This document shows, piece by piece, positions 1 to 12,260 of a stretch of DNA of 64,000 nucleotides. A program made the translations under genes and the position numbers. Every line of letters begins with the position of its first letter. Position 1 is the first letter of the stretch. Source of the stretch: Dudresnaya verticillata (taxonomy: Eukaryota); NCBI GenBank assembly GCA_977862235.1, contig OZ374557.1, forward strand, positions 1,116,001 to 1,180,000, read 5' to 3'. The notes below the pieces were generated by a model. The model did no database searches, was not told the origin of the DNA, and worked only from the letters and a program-made list of their open reading frames with translations.

Positions 1-102
1 GTTCTCCGTTCGGCCAGTCCTTCAAAAATCCGATCGGTCTTCCTGGTCCTTTGGGGTCTCTTTTTTGGCGCCGCACTGAGAGGGGCTTTTCGAGATACTA
101 CA

Positions 103-3100
103 AGAATATACCAAAGTACGTGGACCAGCACACCTCCTTGTTTGTCCAACTTAAGAGAATGGGCACAGATTCGGCTATTCCGCAGACAAATAAGGCACCT
201 CTGTTCCTTGCATCCATTGATCCCCCATGGTCCTGGGAGTCAACCGCTGCAGCTATTCGAAGCTAAGATGTTGCTGAGCTGACCTGGGATTACGTCGCAA
301 CTACAATAATCGACGAATATAATGCTAATAAGTCTCATGCATCGTCTGGAGGAGGCGGATCAAGCAAGTCAAAGAGTCGTCGCAAGAAGAAGAAGAAGTC
401 CACGTCGTCAGACTCTCAACGGCTGCATAATTTATCTGTTGACAACGAGATCTCGGATGACTCTTCTGACATTGAATCAACTGTTCGGTCACTTGCCATC
501 GCACTCAAGTCCGCGAAGCATGGCCAAACGGGGTCCAAAAAGCACATTCACTGTGACTGCTGTGATAAGGATGGGCACACCGCAGATCGTTGCTTTCTCA
601 GTCCGGAAAACCCGAATAAATAGCTTCCTCCGAAAGTGCGACAGATGTTTCCAGAAGAAGAAGGGGAACGCCAACTCGGTAGTAGCTGCATCGGGCAAGA
701 GTGGGAAATCTGCAAACGTAGAACTCGTTGGTGCTTCTTTTGAGATGACTAATGATGTTCCCCAAATGACCAAAGAACTTATGGCGATAGTGGGGCTACA
801 GTTCATTATTTCCATTCGATGGCGTCTTTTGTACGGGGTTCATTAGCTCCCTGTGAGACTCGTACGGTAGTCGTTGCTGACAAGTCTTCGGTCACTACGG
901 CCCTTTGTGGGGATGTCATACTGCCTTTTGAATACGCCAATATTCCGCTCAAGAAAGTACTGTACATCCGGTAGATGGGGTATTATCTCGTCTCTACAGG
1001 ACGTCTTGCTCACGAGGGCATGGAATCCCATTTTCGACGCTTGGACGTACATTATATACGTTTGGTACTCAACTCGGATGGATTCTATGTTGAATTTGGG
1101 ATTTGTGATGCAAACGCTGGGATATATATTCTACCAGAACAGGCGTTCCATGTTTTGGAGGAGCAAGCATTGTCTATCCCCGGTACTCAACAGACAACCG
1201 AGCTTTGGCACCGACGTCGTGCCCATGGCAATTTTCGGGATTTGACCAAGGTACACGAGCACGTGGAGGGAGTTCCCAAATTGGGACAAACCCACAATGT
1301 CTGTGGGCTTGTAGGATCGGAAACCCCCACAACATATTGTTTTCATATCACTTCCGTGCGACGAAAGCAGTTGGGGAACGTTTCCATTCGGACATCGTTG
1401 GCCCAATTGAGATATCTTTCCCAGACCATTTCCGGTACGCTACCACATTCCTGGGCCCCAAATCCCGTTATCTAGTTGTAGCATGTATGAAACGTCGCAG
1501 AATATTGGATACAGCTTTCGAAGAAGCTTCAGTGAGACGTCTTGAGAATGGAGGAGCGGAAATCCGCAAGATCCATTCAGATGGAGCTGAGGAATACTTG
1601 CCTCTGCAGAATGCTTTGGGAGGAGTGGGTAACACTGGCAAATCTTTCTCCCCTCCATATACCCCAGAGCTCAACGGAATCGCAGAACGGGTGAACCGAA
1701 CAATGGTGGAGGCTGCACTGAATCTGCTTATCCGAGCTGATTTAGCAAGATGTGTGTGGCCGTTTGCACTGAAACATGTCAATTATGTGCGCAATCAGGT
1801 ATCACATTCATCTGTTGGTACGAGGCCATACTCGGTAGTGACTGGTGCAATACCTGATCTGAAGCACTTACGGGTCTTTTGATGTGCTGCATACGTACTA
1901 CGGCTCTCACGCGGATCTAAGTTCTAGACTTGTGCAATTGAGGATGTGTACGTAGAAACACTTGAGCATGGGATCTACAGCGTACTAATCACTGATGATG
2001 GAGGTATAACGCGTGTAGTTGAGTCACGCTATCTGACATTTGATGAGTCCAAGGTTCCAGGTACCCCAAGCCTTGGGAGTATGGGAAAGATGAGATATCC
2101 TTGGATGAGGACCACCAGTCCGAAACTGAAGGTTCTGTACGCAATTCGGATTCCTGTGACGGTTTGTTGCTGAACAATTTTATCAATGATGAGCAGAAGA
2201 CTGGACTTGATGCACCATCGCCAGCTCCACCACCTGCATCCGAATTGCGTTCCTCTGAATCTAATAGTACGGATGACGTGGACGGCGACTTCGACAACCA
2301 TCCTGTTAGTACAGATCCAGTACAGGAACTGCAACAAGAGAGTCAATATCCTCGCCGCCAGCATCGGAAAACTTCCAAATAGTTTTTGGCAGGCTGGGCT
2401 AAATCTGAAACCTTAGTCACCATCACGGCAAGAGATGAGCCTACTCTCCTAGAGTCCATGGCTGTAACTCGGGAGGAGCGCGAATTACGGCAGTCTGCAG
2501 TTGATGACCAGTTTGCCTCATTAGACTCGAAATCGACATGGGTGCGGTACGACGGTCCTGGTGCACAGCCGCTTCCAACCCATGCTGTGTGAAAAGTGAA
2601 GCCGAATTCAGACGGTACGGTTGACAGAATTAAAGCCCCCAGTTTCCGGGGAAACATCCAGACGTATGGTGAGGACTATAAGGAAACGTATGCCCCAGTA
2701 CCGCCGTTTTCTCTGGTATGAATTTTACTGTACTTGGTACTATGTCTGAACACGTTTGTCCTACAACTTGATATGAAAACAGTCTTCCTGAATGGTTATC
2801 TGGTACAAAGCGTGTGGACTATTTCACCGCGTGGAATTCCGGGAAGGGCCTCACTCTGCTACGGAAAGCTGAAGGCCATGTATGGGCTCAAGCAAGCCCA
2901 CCTAGCATGGCACTCCAAGATATGTGGGGACCTTACCAGAATGAATTTTGATGAATTGGCAAGTGCACCTTCTGTGTTTTGTCGAAAATCCAAATCATTC
3001 GGATATGTATACATTTGGGTGTAGGTTGATGACTTGCTCATTCTTGCACCGACCAAATCGGAATGGGACGCAAATTTGAAAGAACTGCAGTGCGTTTATG

Positions 3101-3125
3101 ATCTAAGGTTGTCTGAAAGTTCTGA
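103..3125 (+). mobile_element. Decayed Ty1/copia retrotransposon (family A, copy 1): gag C-half, zinc knuckle, protease, integrase, partial RT
   Basis: Motifs in copia order across frames: HCDCCDKDGHTADRC (~545-595), DSGATVH (~785-807), LWHRRRAHGNF, HSDIVGP, YTPELNGIAERVNRTMVE, LDMKTVFLNG, MYGLKQAHLAW, V*VDDLLI. Many stops and frameshifts; truncated at both ends. Confidence 0.93.
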
Positions 3126-3926
3126 TGTATGGGTCAATGTACACCTCCACGTCTCGGTAGCCTGCTGTTGCTGAGACTTGCTGTGCGCAAAATTACCACA
3201 CTGTACAGAAGACTGCAGTGCTGCAGTGAGGGAGTGCAGTGGTGCTGTGGAGCGCTGATCTGTAAGCCACCTCACATACTATACCGAGTACTGCAGTGCT
3301 ACAGTGAGGGAGTGCAGTGCTGCTGTCGAGCGCTGCTCTATATCAAATTGTACAATTGAAGATTGCAGTGCTACAGGAAGACCGTTAAATGCCGTTGTGA
3401 AGATTTGGGCTACGCGGATCTGCATATACCGTAGCCAGACGTACAGTGTTACAATGAGAGACTACAGTACTGTTGCTGGTATGCTTCGGGCGCCAAAATG
3501 GGCACAGTGTGTAACAATAAAGTGTTCTTACAGTTCCACTGCTAGCAAGTGGGAGTGCTGACGATAATGTGGAACATGCGGGCTGTTTATCAGTAACAGG
3601 ACGCACGGGTTCCGTCAACTAAATGATACATGAGCGATAACTGTGACATGGCACACAGGTGCAGTCACAGAATGGAGCGATATAGTGTTTTAGCACAGGT
3701 GTGGTATCGATTACGCCTTGCAGAACAGCACTCGAAAATGTTTCTGTAAGAACTGTTCGCGATATATCGATACTCTAATGTTGTTACTGAAGTCTCGGAA
3801 ATTGTTAACAACATATGCAGTATATAACCATACTGCAACATCGTAGCCTAGTAAAATGAGTTAAGCGAGTTTCATTTCTCAAACTTTTACCTTCTTCAAC
3901 TTCCAACCTCTCCATAATCATCACCA

Positions 3927-3939
3927 GTTATGGGCCCAG
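3927..3939 (+). promoter_or_regulatory. Copia-type primer binding site (internal initiator tRNA-Met fragment type)
   Basis: GTTATGGGCCCAG directly after a CA dinucleotide (3925-3926); matches the GGTTATGGGCCCAG PBS known from Drosophila copia. Implies ~3130-3926 is LTR-derived. Confidence 0.65.
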
Positions 3940-3949
3940 AAGGTCGACG

Positions 3950-5362
3950 TACGCAGACTTCTCTGTTTCGCTCCCAGTCTTCTTCATTTAATTCTGGATA
4001 TTTCTATTTCGTCCTGTACCGTCTGCTGTGTCCTGTCTCGTCTGATGTGCCCTGTCTAGTGTTCTGTGTCCTGTCTGCTGAAAGTGGTACTTACCTCCAA
4101 AAGCCCTTAATTGTCAGTAAAAGGGGTTCCTATCCCACTATTGAGTTTGTTTGTTGTGTTTGCCTTGCTCTTGAATTCAGTGTGACCATCGGTAGATCTG
4201 GGTAATACCAGGGATGGAGAGTTAGGAGACTTGAACCAAAGCTTATTTCGCTGACAAGCGGGCTCCCACTGGTTCTCTTCGGAGTTCAGATAACGGTGGT
4301 GCAACCCAGTTGCTGGTAGTACCGCGGGTGTTTTGAGTGGGCGGGGTGTCGTGGCGCATAACCCTGTTTTTGCCTGGGTATCTCGTGCCAATATAACATT
4401 CCTGCAAGAGGCTGGACCTGGTCGTGTGGTGAAACCTTGTTTCAAACTAGTAGCTATAGGGTGGAGGTCTCGTCAGGATGGCATTCGCTTGTGCCTGTGT
4501 GTGCACGACACGCGTTGGGCTGCTGAAGATGCATCTCACCCGGAGAGTGATAACCGGTGGGCAAGAGTTCGACTCCTAGGGGTGACTAGGTAGACCCCGG
4601 TGCCAGGAAATCCCGCGTCATAAGGACATTCAACTATCAAGAATCAACGTTCAATTTCCAGTTTCATCTTAATTTTTTCCAGGTGATTCCCTCATCGCCT
4701 GAGAGTCTAATTACTCGGAGTGTGGGAGCTACTTGAAAAAGCTGCTCTACTCGTGACTGTTTGTTCTTCATCGAAGTGAATCACCTTTTCGTCATTCCCC
4801 CTTCGGGTGTGTTGCACTATTCGGATTCACCTGCGATATCTCTGTGGACAATCAATTTTTTCTGCGCAAGTGTTATCCCAAACCTTCTTTTATTGAAAAC
4901 CTTACAAAGTCGCCTCCACTACCGGTTTAAGCAGCCACGGCTGATACTGAGCCGAGTGCGATACTTCGAGCAGGTTAAAACCCCGCGTTTCCACGGCAAG
5001 AGAAGTGATGACTACGGAATCTGGCGCCATCGCCTTCATGCTGCAAGCCGAATCAAGGGTGTTTGGAATGTTTCCCACAGCCTCTCTGATCAATCCAATC
5101 GCTCAGAGTCTACTGGAAGTTCCTCGGCATACATAGCCATTCGTGAATCTAGTCTGCCGGTGAAGCGCGAGGAGGCCTTTGGGATCACTATTGCAACCCT
5201 TAATGATGCCCCGCTTCGCATTGTTATGGAGGTCGATGATGACCCCAGGTGCCCGCTGGAGTTGCTAGACACCCGCCATGCCTCCAAGCTCACAGACTCG
5301 CGTATTGCAGTGCAGACCAAGCTGTTCTGTATGGGATATACTGGTCAGAATATGCCCAAGTA
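3950..5362 (+). mobile_element. Copia family A copy 2: 5'-truncated LTR plus gag N-terminus
   Basis: 3950-4735 aligns by eye with the reverse complement of the LTR at 5357-6228. It is followed by gag-like PRFHGKRSDDYGIWRHRL...GVWNV...QNMPK, whose end matches KNIPKY at the start of copy 1. Confidence 0.8.
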
Positions 5363-6284
5363 GCTCCCACGCTTGGAGTAATAAAACGCTCAGGCGATGA
5401 GGGGATCACCTGGCCTGAAGAAGAAAAGTTGGAACTTGAATTTGAAAAGTTGCTTCTTGATAGCTGAACGTTATTTTGATGCAGGATGTTCTGGCACCGC
5501 GATCTGCCTAGTCACTCCTAAGAATCGGACTCCTGGCCCCCGGATATGATTCTCCGGGTGGAATGCGTCTTCCGCAGCCTAATGCGTGTCGTGTGCACGC
5601 AAGACACGAAGTATGCAATCCTTACCAGATGCTCATCCTTGAGGCTACTAGCAGAATATTTTTCACCTTCATAGACAGGTCCAATCTCTTGCAGGCATTC
5701 TAGTCGGTACACAAACGTTCTTTCTGTGTCCTAGTAGCTCCAAGGTTCCCGCCTTAACGACAGTCGCCGCGCACAAACAACCCGCAACCTTGGACCCAGA
5801 CCCAGAAGTGCCAGCAGTGGAATGCAGTCTCTCGACAACTCTCACAGACACACAGTGGGATAGGTACCACGTTCACAGACACTCTCGGTCTTAGTGGGAT
5901 AGGTAACACTTTCAACAGACAACAAGCAGACAGGACAGGACAGAAGACGGCAGGACAGGACAGAAGCCGGCAGGACAGGACAGGACAGGACAGGACAGGA
6001 CAGGACAGGACAGGACAGGACAGGACAGGACAGGACAGGACAGGACAGGACAGGACAGGACAGGACAGGACAGGACAGGACAGGACAGGACAGGACAGGA
6101 CAGGACAGGACAGGACAGGACAGGACAGGACAAAAGCAGACAAGACAGGCCAGGACAGGATAGAACAGTATCAAGAATGAAAATAGAAACGAAGAGGGTT
6201 GCAGCGAAGCGATGAAGTCTGCGTAGGGTGCCATCTGGAGTGCCTGATCCGTGACGTGAGGCGCCAGCGACCATGTCCTCAACA
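5357..6284 (-). repeat. 3' LTR (truncated) of copia family A copy 3
   Basis: Starts TGTTGAGG immediately after the PPT; homologous to 3950-4735 and to the LTR start at 12144. Confidence 0.8.
5929..6160. repeat. (CAGGA)n pentanucleotide microsatellite inside the LTR
   Basis: Perfect run ~5971-6132 (about 32 units) with imperfect flanks. Confidence 0.99.
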
Positions 6285-9053
6285 CTCCTCCTCGATTCGT
6301 CCTCCAATTCCAACCCTGGGTAGAATTATATTGAGACGATGGACCCGAGTGGCTTCGTGAGTGTTGTCTTCTGACGGCATATGCACCACTTGGAGTACAG
6401 AGCCGGCGAAAAGTTCTCGAATGAATTCTACGTGAACATCGACGTGCTTGGCCCGAGCAGTTGGACAGCGTTCTCCAGTAGACCCATTGATGGCAGACTA
6501 GTTGTCTGATCTCAATGGAACGGGGCCTTTGACCTCCAATTCGGGCTGCTTCAACACTCGTGCGTACGAAACAGTCTCTGTCGAAGCCAGAGTCATTGCA
6601 AGTACTCTGGCAGGTCGATAGACCAACAGGTGATTGCTTCTTGGATCCCAAAATACACCCTGCATCTCTCCGTTTCACCATATAACCAGACATATATTTT
6701 AGGTGGTGTTCCCGGCATAGTCAGTGTCCACATAACATTGGATACGATTGCTTCAGCACTGGCACGTAACGACATGTTTGCAGGTGCCTCGGAGATATCG
6801 CAGACCCTTCTTTGCACCACGGTGACAGTTCACCGTTGGAGCCTTCTGAAACCGTGCGAGGATGACCACGGAGGCCAGGATGTCCAGCCTTGTGCGAAGT
6901 CCCAAATACAGAAGTGGCCCGATCATCTACTGGTACCTCTCAACCGACAGGGCAGGCTTGTAGTCTTCGGCTTCAAGTCCAGTGAGGAACGAATCAACCA
7001 TTGGTGTGCACTCAGCTTCGAGTTCTGAAGTCCAAATCGATGAAAACGACTTTCCGTGTACACCTTTTGAGTCATCCTGCGGAACAAAAATCTTCTATCA
7101 GAGTCTAGCTCCCGTCCAAGCTCGACTACGAGGAATATTTCAACCCCTTCAGACAGCCGTACATCGTAAAGGCCTGCAACGCCTTCACAATGGCGTCTCT
7201 CTCCGCCTTTCTGGGAGGTATAATGAGCAAGTCATCAACATACACCAAGATGTATGCATATCCGGAAGACTTGGATTTGCGACGGAACACGCACAGCGTA
7301 CTCGGCAATTCCTCAAACATCATCCTAGCAAGGTCACCACACAGCTTAGTGTGCCAAGCTAGGTGAGCCTGCTTTAGCCCATAAATAAGCCTTCAGAGGT
7401 TTGTAACAGAGATATTCCCTTCCAGGAATCCCACGTAGTGACATTATCCGCACGTTTTCTCCCAGATCACTATTTAGGAAAGCCTTCTTCACGTCTACCT
7501 ATGCGACAACCGGTTCAAACACAGAAAAAGTGTAGGAACATGCGAACCAGCGAGAACGACACGATTGGGGTATAAATTTCCATATAGTCTTCAGCATACG
7601 TCTGGAAGTTTCTACCATCCACAACCCGCTCTTTGAAGTACTCGACAGTCCCATCGGACTTGAGTTTCACTTTCAACACGGCATGCGTTGGAAGCAGCTG
7701 TACTCCGGGACTATCCTATCATCATGTACCTACGTACCTTTGGATTCCAAGGACGCGAACTAATCATCGACGGCAGATTGCCACAAATCGCACTCCTCCG
7801 GAGTGGCGGACATGGCCTCTCCAAAAGTGGGCTCATCGCCCGTTGTGATGGCAATGTGTTGTGTAGCTTGTGTAGAGCTTGCCATCAACCCTTTCGACAT
7901 CTGACGACGTTGGCGACGAGGATATCGACTCTGCTGCTGGGGTTCTGGATCTGACCTCACACTGACCGGAGGATTATCAGAGTCGTTTTATTCCTCAGCG
8001 GTACCATCAGATTCGAATGAACTGGAATCTGATGGAAGTAATGGAGCTGAAGAAGGTGTGTCAACTTTAATCGCATCCTCTTCATCCGCACAGTTTCCCA
8101 GCGATACATCGCCTTCAGAGTCCAAGTTGCAAATAAAGGCATCTGAGTTAGACTCCTAATCTTCATCTAAATCTGCCTCGTCCTGTCAATATTCCACCAA
8201 ACTTAAAACACTTGGGAACTTGGACTCGTCGAATGTAACATGGCGCGACTCAACCACACGAAGTATACCGTCATCGTCAGTGACCAATATCCTGTAGATC
8301 CCATTCTCCGGAGTCTCCAAATGCACCCCCTCAAGTGCACGATACTCGACCTTGGATCCGTGTGGGAGCTTTAGGACATATGCAGCACATCCAAACACTC
8401 TGAAATGTTTTAAATCAGGAACATTACCTGTCATGACCGAGTATGGCGTAGCCCCAACAGTTTAGTGTGGTACCCAATTGCGCACACAGTTTACGTGCTT
8501 CAGTGCAAACGGCCACAAACATCTCGGTGAATCGACCTGTATCAACAGAGTCAGGGCAGCTTCCACCATGGTTCGGTTCACCCTTTCCGCGATTCCATTG
8601 AGCTCGGAGTATAAGTTGGGGAAAAGGATTTACCACTGTGTCCAACTCCTTCCCAATCTTTCTGCAAAGCCAAATACTCCTGAGCCCCGTCGCAGTGGAT
8701 TTTGGATATTTTTGCTCCTCCAAGCTCGATAAACGTTGCTGAATCTTGATCAAAGGCCGCTGTCAATATGCTGCCACTTCGCATACATGCGCCGACCAAG
8801 AAACGGGATGTATCATCTAGAAACGTCGTGGCATAGTGGAAACGATCGGGGAAAGATCTGGATTGGACCAAAAATGTCCGGATGAACGAGATCACCGACT
8901 GCTTTGGTCGGGCGGAAGTGTCCTGGGAATGATTGTTTGTGTCTGCAAGCCCGACATACTTCATGAGTGGAGCCCAACTCCGGAACACCTTCAATGTGCT
9001 CTTGGATCTGTAAGTCCCGAAAATTGCTATGGGCAAGACGTCGATGCCATAGT

Positions 9054-12000
9054 TTTTTGGAGAGGTAGTCGGAGCGACCAGGGGAGGAGAGCAGCAGAGA
9101 GCTGAGCGGAGAGGGAGAGGAATATAGTTGTCTGAGTTTACTCCAAACGTGAGGGGAGAAGCGGTTTAAGTATACATTGAGTCCCGGAGTTGGTTGAACC
9201 CCAAGGTGTGCTTGACGTCAGCGTCCATGCGCAAACCTAAGAGACGTCGGCAACCATGCGCAAACCTAAGTGGCGACGGAGACGGTGGAAAAACCAAGGT
9301 CACGAAGGCGACGCTGCGCAACCCTAACCTAACTGACAACGGCGGTGGTGCGTAAACCTAAATGACGACGGCGACTTCGCACAACCCTAAACCTAAGTGA
9401 CAACGTCGACGGTTCGTAAACATAAGTGACGACAGTGATGGTGCACAAACGTAAACCTAAGTGAGGACGGTGCCGGTGCGTAAACCTACGTGACGACGGC
9501 GACGGTGTGTCAGTGATTTCAACTGAATCAGGATCTGAGCTAGTTGTACACCGTGCAACTCCGTAAAGGACAAACAGCGGTGCAAGCATAACGGAACTTT
9601 GGAGGAGTCAAGTGGGGACACCCTAAATGCCTACTCACACTAATTACAGTAAAAATTAAAACTTTTAGGTATCGCTTGATCTAACACTCCCCCTCGAACT
9701 ACGACTCAAGGATAGAACTAGGAATCAGAGAGAAAACTAGAAGACAGCCTAACATAGAGCCATGAGAGCGCGGAACGTCTCACACAGAACGCGCAGAAGG
9801 GAATTGGTCAAGACGTCGGCAACTTGGTCTGACAATTGAACAATAGGAGAGAGCAACCGACTTGCAGGAGACAGCATCACAAAACAGTGATAGCGGATGT
9901 CGATATTATTGTTACGTGCGTTAATTGACATGTTCGAAGTCAAACAGATGGATCCCTGGGTGTCCATAAGGAGGGTGATTGGAGTTGGGGGCTCCGAACC
10001 GACCATTATAGAGAAGAGGTTGGGCAACCAGGTAGCTTCTTTGGCTGCAGAACAGCAAGAGATGTACTCTGCTTCACAATAAGATAGGATTAGAAGGCTC
10101 TGTTTCTTTGAACGCCAGGAGATGTCACCCCCTGTCATCTTGAACGCAAAGGCCTCGGTTGATCTGCGTGATTCAGCGCATCCTGCCCAATCTGGGTCAC
10201 AGAAGCCAGTAATGGCCATTTCTGCGGACGATCCGTACTGGATGCCCAGGTTTGATGTGCCTTTAACGTAGCGATTGAGAGCCTTCCAGAGAGACTTGAA
10301 AGGCTTCTCACGGTACTGGGAGAGCCTACCGACGGCGAATCCGAGATCCGGGAAAATGCAGATCATGACGTACATGAGGCTGCCGAGGGCCTAGCGGTAC
10401 GGGATAGTCTCGGAAATGGGACCATTTTCACCGGAGGGCAATGTGGAGCCGGTTGTTTTCATGGAACAGTTCATGGGCTTTGCGTCAGACATCTAAAAAT
10501 GGTCCAGAATGTTTGCAACAGAGGCTTCCTGGCTTCCCGGGAGAGCAGCAGAGTTCGCACTTTGCGATTACGGGTACCTTGAATCCCAAACAATGCTTGC
10601 CCTGCTCCAAGGTCCTTCATTCTTAAGTGCCCTATGAGCTCTCTTTTCACGCGATTGAGGGCCTTCGAGTTGTTGCCAGCAATACTAAGTCATCCACATA
10701 GAGTACAATGAGCAGGAGAATATTACCTTCACGGAAGACATACAAACAGCGCTCATATCCACTGCTCGCAAATGTAAGCACACAGGTAAGGACCCTGCGG
10801 ATTTTTGCGCACCACTGTCTCGGTACTTGCTTCAATCCATATAATGCTTTGAGTAAGCGGTAAACGAAATTCGGGAGATTCACGTCGCGGAAGCCAGCGG
10901 GCACCTTCATGAAAATTTCCTCACCTAAGTCCCCGTTTAGGAAGGCCGTGACGACATACATCTGATCGCAGTCGAGATATAGGAAATTTACGAAGCATAA
11001 GAAGAGTCCCGCAATGGCTAGAGATACAACAGGTGCATAATTCTCCTGATATTCGAACCCAGGGAGCTGTCGGATTCCCTTGGGGACGATGCGTACTTCG
11101 GGACCCACGTTCGTTTTGACGCGAAAACATAGCGGCACGGGATAACGTGCATTCATGGCTTGCGTTCAACCAACGCAAAGGTGTTGTTGCCACGGATAGA
11201 GTCCTTCTTCTTCTTGATTCCGGTTCCACAGAAGCCCTTGTGGTGAGGTGACATGGCTTGGACATACGAGTTAGAGATCTCTGTAGCCATGAGGGAGACA
11301 TCAGGGTCAGGTTCAGCAGTAGAGAAGGAGGACAGGTTTGTCATCCACCATTTGCTGGGCTTTTTGGTGAGCCGGGAGTAGCGTCGAGGAGGTGGAGGGG
11401 CATCATTGGTGACATTGTTATCCTCTTCCTCGGCGTCATCGGATATGTCGACATGGCCGGGGGACGGGCATGGTGGGGACCGAGTCATCCGAGATGGAGA
11501 TGGGGGCATAACTGTTGCCTCCTGAGGGTTCTGAAACAGGAGGGGAAGGATCCAAAATGGGTCCCGTGAGTTCAGAGGTGGGTTCTCTAGGTAGACGAAT
11601 GGCGTTTGCGGTTGAGTCGGAAACACCGATGGGTCTTCCGGTACAGTGTTGTCGTTCTCGGAAGTCTTGGCTTGCCTTGGGATATAACATCGATGCCCAA
11701 CTCGTTGAAAGTGAGGTCCCTTGGAACGACCAACTGGCTTGCAGCCGTATCCCATAACTTGTAACCTTTGCTCTGTGACGAATATCCCATCATCAGCACA
11801 GTTCGGGAACGAGCGTCCAGCTTTTTGACACGAAGTATGGGAACCCAAAACTAACATTTGGCACCAAACACGCGCAAATGTGAGACTTCGGAAGCCTTTC
11901 AATGCCATAAATGGTGTGGAGTGACGTCTGGGGACAGTGTGCCGGAGGTAACACGGTTACGCACATACAGAGCAGTGACCGAGCTTTAGCCCAAAAGTGT

Positions 12001-12143
12001 TTGGGGAGCTATTTGTCGTGCAGCATGGATCGCACTAAGTCGAGGAGGGTTCGGTTCATGCGGTCTGCCACCTCATTTTGTTGGGAAGTATATGCCACCG
12101 TGAGTTGATGCTGGATTCCTTGGTCTACCAGAAATGTTTTAAA
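9054..12143 (-). mobile_element. Decayed Ty1/copia element (family B): integrase C-half, RT, RNase H, PPT, 3' LTR
   Basis: YTSQQNEVADRMNRTL, MMGYSSQSKGYKLWD, VVTAFLNG, KALYGLKQ, LYVDDL, GFCDPDWAG, ISWRSKKQS, EAEY, IDIRYH, ADVLT; PPT GAGGGGGAG (9695-9687) then TGTTAG at 9686; LTR ~9054-9686. Confidence 0.93.
9226..9508. repeat. Degenerate tandem array (~9 units of ~29-36 bp, core AAACCTAAGTGACGACGG) in copia B LTR
   Basis: Repeated aaacctaag(t)g(a)cgacgg visible directly; two units contain AACCCTAA. Confidence 0.9.
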
Positions 12144-12208
12144 TGTTGCGGGCATGGTCGCTGGCGCCTCACGTCACGCGCCAGGCACAGCAGAGGGCAT
12201 TCTGACAC
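12144..12208 (+). repeat. 5' tip of a copia family A LTR inserted into copia B integrase
   Basis: TGTTGCGGGCATGGTCGCTGGCGCCTCACGTCACG matches the LTR start at 6284 (TGTTGAGGACATGGTCGCTGGCGCCTCACGTCACG). Confidence 0.8.
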
Positions 12209-12260
12209 GCTGTCACTGTAGTATGTCTGTCAGCACACCATCAGAAGCGGCTGTAAGGTA

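Larger units (their letters stand above)
5357..9053 (-). mobile_element. Copia family A copy 3: GAG-pre-integrase, integrase, RT, RNase H, PPT, truncated 3' LTR
   Basis: LWHRRLAHS (~9050), FRVFGCAAYVL, YILVYVDDLLI, RNase H WGSKKQS-like motif; PPT GAGGAGGAG (6293-6285) followed by TGTTG at 6284. Homologous to 1190-3100. Confidence 0.92.

Noticed and set aside
1..102. End of an LTR inserted in copia gag (ends ...TACTACA)
   Set aside because: Plausible, but the other end and TSD are outside the window.
5754..6313. ORFs with CPVLS repeats
   Set aside because: Translation artefacts of the (CAGGA)n microsatellite.
9226..9508. CRISPR array or telomere
   Set aside because: Degenerate tandem units without unique spacers, inside an LTR.
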